A stretch of 63,027 nt of DNA, counting the filler, from an uncultured Thermoplasmatales archaeon (GTDB taxonomy: Archaea; Thermoplasmatota; E2; DHVEG-1), in the NCBI GenBank assembly GCA_964517155.1. It is 5 parts of 5 records of this genome, joined end to end, with 100 filler letters (N's around TTAATTAATTAA, not from the genome) between each part and the next. Parts side by side here need not be neighbours in the genome. Positions count along the whole stretch, not along the records: positions 50,674 to 59,916 come from CAZFAZ010000048.1; positions 60,017 to 63,027 come from CAZFAZ010000049.1; 3 more parts are not named here. The stretch is one strand, 5' to 3'. The position numbers were made by a program, and so were the translations under genes. Positions 56,793 through 63,027 of this stretch are shown here, one piece after another. The stretch's first letter is position 1. Each line of letters begins with the position of its first letter. The notes under the pieces were generated by a model. The model was given only the letters and a program-made list of their open reading frames with translations. It was not told where the DNA came from and did no database searches.

Positions 56793-58673
56793 ATGAGTTG
56801 TGCCAAAGAGAGCAAAACTTTAAGGAGAGATCTCAGCCTCTTTGATGTTTTTTGTATCGCCTCTGGTGCTATGATAAGCTCAGGGATTTTTGTTTTACCT
56901 GTGATAGCATATCAACAAACTGGGGCATCAGTTATTATATCTTATTTAATTGCAAGTCTTTTTCTGATTCCCACAGTATTTTCAATTACTGAGCTTGCTA
57001 CAGCAATGCCAAAAGTGGGTGGAGCATATTTTTTTATAGATAGGAGTATGGGTCCTGCGGTTGGAACTATTGGTGGTCTTGCGGCTTGGTTTTCTTTGAG
57101 TTCTAAGACAGCATTTGCACTTATTGGAATAGGTGCATTTGTTCAATTATTCAACCCGGGAATAACTGAGTTTGATATAAAACTAATTGCAGTTATATTT
57201 TGTATAATTTTTACTTTAATTAATCTGTATGGTGTTAAGCATGCTGGAAAAACACAAGTGATATTAGTAACAGGGTTGATAGCCATACTTATCGTTTATA
57301 TTATAGCAGGTTTTTTCTTTATTAAACCTTCACAATATGAACCTTTTATGACTGGAGGTATTCCTGCAGTTTTTGCAACAGCAGGTCTTGTTTTTGTTGC
57401 TTATATGGGTCTTACAAATATTTGTAGCATTGCTGAAGAGATTAAAAACCCAAAAAGAAACATACCTCTTGGGATGTTTTTAGCATGGGCTATTGTTTCA
57501 GTATTATATGTCCTGGTAGTTATTGTAACTGTAGGAGTATTAGATCATAGTCTGCTTAACGCCTCACCTCCTCCTTTGATGCCTATTTCATTAGGTGCAA
57601 AAGAATTTATGGGGGAAATAGGGCTAGTAGTTTTATCAGTTGCAGCAATTCTTGCTTTTATATCAACTGGAAACGCTGGTTTGCTTTCATCATCTCGTTA
57701 TCCTATGCCTATGAGCAAAGATCAACTTTTACCTGGATTTTTTTCAAAAATTTCTAAAAGAGGTATACCTGTTACGTCAGTATTGCTTACTTCTGGTTTT
57801 ATGATATGTCTTATTTTGTTTTTAGATCTGGAAGGATTGGTTAAAACTGCTTCAACACTTGTAATTTTAATGTTCATACTTCTGAATTTATCTGTTATTA
57901 TGATGCGGGAGAGTAAGATAAGGCATTATCGTCCAAGTTTTCATTCACCTTTATACCCTTACGTCCAGATAGCGGGTGTTATAGGTTATAGTGTGTTACT
58001 TATTTGGATGGGTGTTGTTCCTTTGGTTCTTGTTGGTTGTTTTGTTTTATTTGGTTTTGCATGGTACTGGTTTTTTGCCAGAGATAAAATATGGCGTGAG
58101 TATTCAATTCTTCATGTAGTAGAAAGAATCACGGGTGAGAAAAAAGCAAGTTATCTTTTGGATGAGGAACTAAGACAGATTCTTTTAGATAGAGATAATG
58201 TAACTGAGAAAAGATTTGAAAATTATATTAAAAATTGTGAAATCATTGATGTTTTTAAATATGAGCGTCCTGATAAGTTTGCATGGCTTATTGCTAATAA
58301 ATTAGCAGAAGATTTGAAAACAGACAAAGATGAATTATATGCTCTTTTAAAAAATCGTGAAAAAGATTCAAATATCCTTGTTCATCCAGGTATCGCTATT
58401 TTTTCACATATTATTAAGGGACGTGATAAATTTGAAGTAATCCTTGTGAGAAGTACTAAAGGAATTTTTATTTCAGAGGATGCTGATCCGATTCATGCAT
58501 TTTTCATAATTGTTGCTTCGCCTGATCAAAATAATTTTTATTTGCATTCTTTAATGTGGCTTGCTCAGATTGCAGAAGAAGTTGATTTTGAAAAAGAATG
58601 GATAAATGCAAAAGATACCGAAGAACTCAGAGATATCTTTTTAAAAGCATGGAAGCGGCGAAAGATACCATGA
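56793..58673 (+). CDS. APC-family amino acid permease fused to a C-terminal PTS EIIA-like domain
   Basis: GAMISSGIF, ELATAMP..GG.Y, AEEIKNPKRNIP; C-terminal LKNREK...GIAIFSH...PIHAFFII. Confidence 0.85.
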   Translation: MSCAKESKTLRRDLSLFDVFCIASGAMISSGIFVLPVIAYQQTGASVIISYLIASLFLIPTVFSITELATAMPKVGGAYFFIDRSMGPAVGTIGGLAAWFSLSSKTAFALIGIGAFVQLFNPGITEFDIKLIAVIFCIIFTLINLYGVKHAGKTQVILVTGLIAILIVYIIAGFFFIKPSQYEPFMTGGIPAVFATAGLVFVAYMGLTNICSIAEEIKNPKRNIPLGMFLAWAIVSVLYVLVVIVTVGVLDHSLLNASPPPLMPISLGAKEFMGEIGLVVLSVAAILAFISTGNAGLLSSSRYPMPMSKDQLLPGFFSKISKRGIPVTSVLLTSGFMICLILFLDLEGLVKTASTLVILMFILLNLSVIMMRESKIRHYRPSFHSPLYPYVQIAGVIGYSVLLIWMGVVPLVLVGCFVLFGFAWYWFFARDKIWREYSILHVVERITGEKKASYLLDEELRQILLDRDNVTEKRFENYIKNCEIIDVFKYERPDKFAWLIANKLAEDLKTDKDELYALLKNREKDSNILVHPGIAIFSHIIKGRDKFEVILVRSTKGIFISEDADPIHAFFIIVASPDQNNFYLHSLMWLAQIAEEVDFEKEWINAKDTEELRDIFLKAWKRRKIP

Positions 58674-58674
58674 T

Positions 58675-58821
58675 TTAATTTATTTTTTTCTTCTTTTTTG
58701 GTTTTATAATTTTTCCTACTGCTTTACCACCCTGAAGATATGCCTCAGAGATGTAATCTTTATCTTGCATAAGTCCATGTTTCTTTTTATCTTTTTTATT
58801 TCCACCAAATCCATGTGTCAT
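58675..58821 (-). CDS. 48-aa basic small protein downstream of ABCE1
   Basis: Manual translation MTHGFGGNKKDKKKHGLMQDKDYISEAYLQGGKAVGKIIKPKKKKKIN*; fills the intergenic gap. Confidence 0.5.
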   Translation of the reverse strand: MTHGFGGNKKDKKKHGLMQDKDYISEAYLQGGKAVGKIIKPKKKKKIN

Positions 58822-58866
58822 AAAACTCAAAAAAATAAATATCTATAATCTTTTTAATTGTTTTTA

Positions 58867-59916
58867 TTAAAGGCTGTAGTAATATTCACCTTCAGATCTT
58901 TGTTTTCTATCCATATATGAATCAGCTTTGTTTACACGAGGTCTATTTGTATCTTCATCACGGCGAAATGTTATATCTACGTCTTTTAGGAATTTATTCA
59001 TTCCTTCATGCAGGCTAAATGGACCGCATGCTCTACCTTTTTTACCAGGATTTCCATCAAAAACAATAAGTGCATCACTAATCATATCTATGAAATATAC
59101 ATCATGGTCTACAACCATTGCACTTTTACCTGTTTTTTCAATTACTCTTCTAACAGTTCTTGATGTTATCATACGCTGCTCACTATCAAGATATGCTGAG
59201 GGTTCATCAACAAGATATATATCTGCTTCTTGAACAAGGCAGTTTGCTGTTGCAACACGTTGCAGTTCTCCACCTGAGAGTGTTGATAATTCTTTGTCAA
59301 GTAGATATTTTAGGTTCATTGGTTCAAAGATTTCGCCTTTATAAAAAGATGATGTAAAAAGGCTTGGTGAAAATTTTTCAAAAAACATGCGAACAGTTCC
59401 ATCAAACTCAGGGCTTATATATTGTGGTTTGTAGCTTATTTTTATTTCATGCTCAACTTTTCCAGTTGTAGGCTCTACTACTCCTGCAAGCATTTTTACA
59501 AATGTTGTTTTACCAATAGCATTTGGTCCTACTATCCCAATTATTTCTCCTTGGCGTATAACTCCTTTTTCAATGTCAAGTGTGAAATCTTGATATTTTT
59601 TTGAAAGATTATCATATGTTACAAGTATATTCATTTGTTGTCTTTGTTTTGGTGCTTGTGCGAAAAACTCGATTTTTTCACCAAATCGAATGTTTTCTTC
59701 TTTTAGATATCCTGATAAATAAGTGTTTATTGCATGGCGTACACCGCGAGGGTTAGTTACTACCCCGTATGCTCCTTCGTCACCGTATACTAGATGTACT
59801 TGATCGCAGAGAAAATCAAGAATTGCAAGGTCATGCTCGATTACAATTACCTTTTTTTCCTGAGATAATTCTTTGATTATTCTTGCAACTTTTAATCTTT
59901 GATGTATATCAAGATA
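58867..59916 (-). CDS. rli: Ribosome recycling ATPase ABCE1/Rli1, 5'-truncated
   Basis: Frame is open upstream of the track start (YLDIHQRL..VIEHDLA..GAYG..ENIRF); GPNAIGKTT, YKPQY, LSGGELQR, DEPSAYLD, ITFRRD..RPRVNK. Confidence 0.96.
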   Translation of the reverse strand, partial: YLDIHQRLKVARIIKELSQEKKVIVIEHDLAILDFLCDQVHLVYGDEGAYGVVTNPRGVRHAINTYLSGYLKEENIRFGEKIEFFAQAPKQRQQMNILVTYDNLSKKYQDFTLDIEKGVIRQGEIIGIVGPNAIGKTTFVKMLAGVVEPTTGKVEHEIKISYKPQYISPEFDGTVRMFFEKFSPSLFTSSFYKGEIFEPMNLKYLLDKELSTLSGGELQRVATANCLVQEADIYLVDEPSAYLDSEQRMITSRTVRRVIEKTGKSAMVVDHDVYFIDMISDALIVFDGNPGKKGRACGPFSLHEGMNKFLKDVDITFRRDEDTNRPRVNKADSYMDRKQRSEGEYYYSL

Positions 59917-60016
59917 NNNNNNNNNNNNNNNNNNNNNNNNNNNNNNNNNNNNNNNNNNNNTTAATTAATTAANNNNNNNNNNNNNNNNNNNNNNNNNNNN
60001 NNNNNNNNNNNNNNNN
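59917..60016. other. Artificial contig linker
   Basis: N run - TTAATTAATTAA - N run. Confidence 0.98.
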
Positions 60017-60365
60017 AATCTTAAGTATGAAGAATTAAGTTAGAATTTTACAGTAGATCTTCCCAATAAAATAGAAATGTTTTTATAATATTATAAATAT
60101 CTATAATTGCATGGAATAGTAAAGTCCAAGTGGTTCGCTTGGGATAAAAAAATATATTAAAAGTAAAACAACAAGATGTTAATAGTATTCCGTGCATTAA
60201 GTCCATGCTAAAATATGATGTGGTAACAAGACTATAGAAAAATTACAACAAGATGGAGTCACATAAAAGCCACATAAAATTGAAAAAAATTCTTTTTTTG
60301 TTTAGTTTATGTAAGGACTTTATCCCTAGGGATTTCATCAAAATCGAAAAGGAGGTTGTATAAAT

Positions 60366-60455
60366 ATGTCAAAATGGGATGACATGGATGATGAGTATGG
60401 TGAATATGAGCCAATAATGGTTTGTAGAAACAAAAAAAGTGGAAAGTTCCAATAA
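60366..60455 (+). CDS. 29-aa peptide with strong ribosome-binding site
   Basis: AAAAGGAGGT upstream; MSKWDDMDDEYGEYEPIMVCRNKKSGKFQ*; followed by a hairpin terminator. Confidence 0.5.
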   Translation: MSKWDDMDDEYGEYEPIMVCRNKKSGKFQ

Positions 60456-60472
60456 AACATAAAGAGTTTTTA

Positions 60473-60513
60473 AACCGCTAAAAAAATAGTTATTTTAGCG
60501 GTTCTATTTTTTT
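60473..60513 (+). terminator. Hairpin terminator
   Basis: AACCGCTAAAA / TTTTAGCGGTT 11-bp inverted repeat followed by a T tract. Confidence 0.6.
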
Positions 60514-60552
60514 AGTAAAAATATTTGTATATCAAAACGTTTATTATTTTTA

Positions 60553-61320
60553 ATGAATTTTGAAGAAAAATGTTTTAATATCGGTGGAATAGTTGGAGTA
60601 TTCAGGGGCAAAAAATATTGCTATATCCCTAATGAGTCTATTGAGAAATATTTTCATAAGGGTGGATGTAAGTCCGCATACAATGGATATCTAGTTCCAG
60701 TTGATGACAAAGATGTTCTTAAAAAATATGGTTTTAATACAAAAATGGTTTGTGCTATTCAGAAGCATGTACTCGAAGATATAGATATAGAATCTGATGA
60801 GAGATATCGCCTTTTAAAAGATCATTTTATTATTAACCATGCTTTAGATAAATATTCTTTTATAGAAGGCAATAAACCAGAAGTTGATCATAAGCATCCA
60901 AGAGACTTTACTAAGAAAGGAATCAATTTTGACCCCGATAAAACATTTCTATATGAAGAATATACATATGACAGAAAACGACAAAAAATTGAGAAACACT
61001 ATCATATTAATTTCGAAGGTGATCAGGGAATTTTTCTAAATCGTTTGAAACATGTAGAATTGAAATCAAAGAATACTATTGTAGATTTACGTGAAAATAA
61101 AAACTCCATTCTCTTTGAAATAATAGATGACAAAGAAAATTATGTTTTAATTAATTTCTACAAAACTGTTGGAGATGTATATAGAATTAAAATTATTAAT
61201 ATTGGCGAAAGCGATGAATTACTTGATGAAATTGCCATTACTTTTAAAATTTATGCTGAAGACGTGCAAAAATTCCAAAAAGAAAATGGACTAAAAGTTT
61301 CAAGAATGACCAATTGGTAA
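60553..61320 (+). CDS. Hypothetical protein (contains EVDHKHP, HNH-like)
   Basis: 255-aa ORF with a TATA-like element upstream; the motif match is only partial. Confidence 0.55.
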   Translation: MNFEEKCFNIGGIVGVFRGKKYCYIPNESIEKYFHKGGCKSAYNGYLVPVDDKDVLKKYGFNTKMVCAIQKHVLEDIDIESDERYRLLKDHFIINHALDKYSFIEGNKPEVDHKHPRDFTKKGINFDPDKTFLYEEYTYDRKRQKIEKHYHINFEGDQGIFLNRLKHVELKSKNTIVDLRENKNSILFEIIDDKENYVLINFYKTVGDVYRIKIINIGESDELLDEIAITFKIYAEDVQKFQKENGLKVSRMTNW

Positions 61321-61365
61321 AAATATATGATAATTATCTTTTATAAGCATCATACATAGCAGGTT

Positions 61366-61950
61366 TTAGTCAAAGCTAAAAGTTGGTGGTAAGAAGGGCC
61401 TAAGCTTTATTGGCATAATGTCATCTAAATTCTCAACATCTTTGTCAGTAAGTTCAATAAGATTTTTCTTATATTTATTGTAAAAAGATTTCTTGACTTC
61501 TTTCCTTTTGTTATACTTTAGTTCATCTAAACCCCAAAACTCAATCCATACTTTCTGACCAATTGGGATAAAAAAATCACTATACACTTCTTCTTCAATA
61601 GGAACTCGTCGTTCATAGGCATGAACTATGCCTTTGTGATAAAGCCAATTATCAATTAATTGTTCGGCCCTAGATCTTACTTTGTGACCGTCTTCTGTTC
61701 TTATATTTGAAGGAAATTTTGCTCTAAAATCATGTTCTTCAGTTTCTCCAGAAGATGCTTTATAATCTTTAGATTTTTTATCTTCATTCTTTTTAAAAAC
61801 TAACCAACATTCATAGCATCGATCACCTGGATTTTTATTCCATTTTCCGCAATCAATGCATTTTGATATTTTTCCCTCTTCTTTTAATTTATTGCACTCT
61901 TTACAAAGGGGATAATAACCTGCTTTTTTACCACAAATTTGACATGCCAT
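61366..61950 (-). CDS. Zn-finger plus PD-(D/E)xK nuclease-like protein
   Basis: Four CxxC pairs; GHKVRSRAE..IDNWL...YE...SDFFI...WIEFWG. Confidence 0.75.
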   Translation of the reverse strand: MACQICGKKAGYYPLCKECNKLKEEGKISKCIDCGKWNKNPGDRCYECWLVFKKNEDKKSKDYKASSGETEEHDFRAKFPSNIRTEDGHKVRSRAEQLIDNWLYHKGIVHAYERRVPIEEEVYSDFFIPIGQKVWIEFWGLDELKYNKRKEVKKSFYNKYKKNLIELTDKDVENLDDIMPIKLRPFLPPTFSFD

Positions 61951-62096
61951 TGTATCTCATAATGGGATTATCTGATATATATTTTCTTAATTTGAGTAGT
62001 ATTTCCATATTGAGTTAATGTTTTCTACAATTTATAAAAAACCCAGAAATTATAAATGGATTTGACCATATTTCAGAATGGATATAGAGGATTATC

Positions 62097-62936
62097 ATGA
62101 CAAAATTTTGTCAAGTCTGTGGAACTGAAGGAGGAATGCTAGAAATCAGAAAAAGAAAACTTCCCCTTAGTGGACAAAAAATCTTATGTAAAAAGTGTTA
62201 TAATGAAATTAATTCAAAAGAACAAGCAGAATTAAATCAGATATATCTATGGAAGGAAACTATCCTGAGACGTTTTTATGAAGGAACTTTAAAACAATTC
62301 TGTAGAGAAGCTGGTGTTCCTGTATCGGAAAAAAGATGGACTACTGCAACCAGTCGACGTGGGACCCGTTATAAGAGAGAATATACTCATTATTATACTT
62401 ATGAAGAACTAATTAACAGAGTAAAAATCTCTGCTAGATTAGATACAATTATTGATTTTGCAAAAAGAAAGAAAGTACCAATAAGAGAAGTTGAATCAGA
62501 AATTGATAAATATTATGCAAATAAAGAATTTGTAGAAAATCAAGACTCCAATGATATCGATGATGAGAAATACAAACAAATCTTAGATTTTATTCATAAA
62601 TTTAATCCAATTATTGATAACTATCCAAATGAACTTCCATATCAAATTGATTTAGCTAGATATTTAATGCAATATTTTCCAGAAACTAAGGTTGAATTAC
62701 AAAAAGGATCAGCAAGACCAGATATAATTATTGACAATATTGCCATAGAAATCAAAGGACCAACTTGGGAAAACGGACTGCAGTCAATAGCAGATAAATG
62801 TCTAAGATATCCGCAATATTTTGAAAGAGGATTTATAATAGTATTATTCGACGTGAAAGTAACTAATCGTTTTTTCAATGACTGGAGCAACGGTATAAAA
62901 CAAAAGTTTCCTGAAGTTACAATTCTTAAAAAATAA
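62097..62936 (+). CDS. Zn-ribbon plus C-terminal PD-(D/E)xK restriction-endonuclease-like protein
   Basis: CQVC...CKKC; NELPYQ..L..YL; RPDIIIDNIAIEIKG. Confidence 0.72.
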   Translation: MTKFCQVCGTEGGMLEIRKRKLPLSGQKILCKKCYNEINSKEQAELNQIYLWKETILRRFYEGTLKQFCREAGVPVSEKRWTTATSRRGTRYKREYTHYYTYEELINRVKISARLDTIIDFAKRKKVPIREVESEIDKYYANKEFVENQDSNDIDDEKYKQILDFIHKFNPIIDNYPNELPYQIDLARYLMQYFPETKVELQKGSARPDIIIDNIAIEIKGPTWENGLQSIADKCLRYPQYFERGFIIVLFDVKVTNRFFNDWSNGIKQKFPEVTILKK

Positions 62937-63027
62937 AATTTTTACTTTATGTGCAGAATTGAAAATTGCACACAAACCCTATATTAAATGTGCAAAGCCG
63001 TAAATCTTTTTAAATAAATATTTTTTT

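Noticed and set aside
62950..62973. TGTGCA...TGCACA inverted repeat after the last nuclease gene
   Set aside because: Short and imperfect, at the window edge; may be a terminator but cannot be supported

Overview
AT-rich archaeal DNA, most likely Thermoplasmatota of the Marine Benthic Group D / DHVEG-1 (Thermoprofundales) type. This is inferred from the unsplit RpoB, GatE, archaeal ribosomal and RNA polymerase genes, EgsA, a DUF6015-like protein, a PGF-CTERM tail and a secreted gingipain-like C25 peptidase. The window is five contigs joined by 100-bp N...TTAATTAATTAA...N linkers, so adjacency across linkers is not meaningful. Contigs 1-2 are mainly housekeeping and peptide/amino-acid fermentation: the RNAP operon, tRNA-Lys, a 4-gene dye-linked proline-dehydrogenase-like complex, lipoylation genes, bacterial-type MetK, single-chain NifJ-type PFOR, and a K+-dependent membrane pyrophosphatase. 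Contig 4 carries THF-linked histidine catabolism (hutI, ftcD, fhs) and transporters. Contig 5 is a small nuclease-rich accessory region. The most unusual region is contig 3 (41534-50573), an atypical archaellum-related locus. It holds two divergent archaellin-family genes, one with an ~80-aa Sm/LSm-like domain fused in front of its class III signal peptide. These are flanked by a >1700-aa coiled-coil protein with two PAS domains, a PAS-coil-PAS protein with no output domain, and an ArlC(DE)-like gene. Several small ORFs absent from the ORF track were found, including a probable Doc antitoxin peptide encoded tail-to-tail with its toxin.
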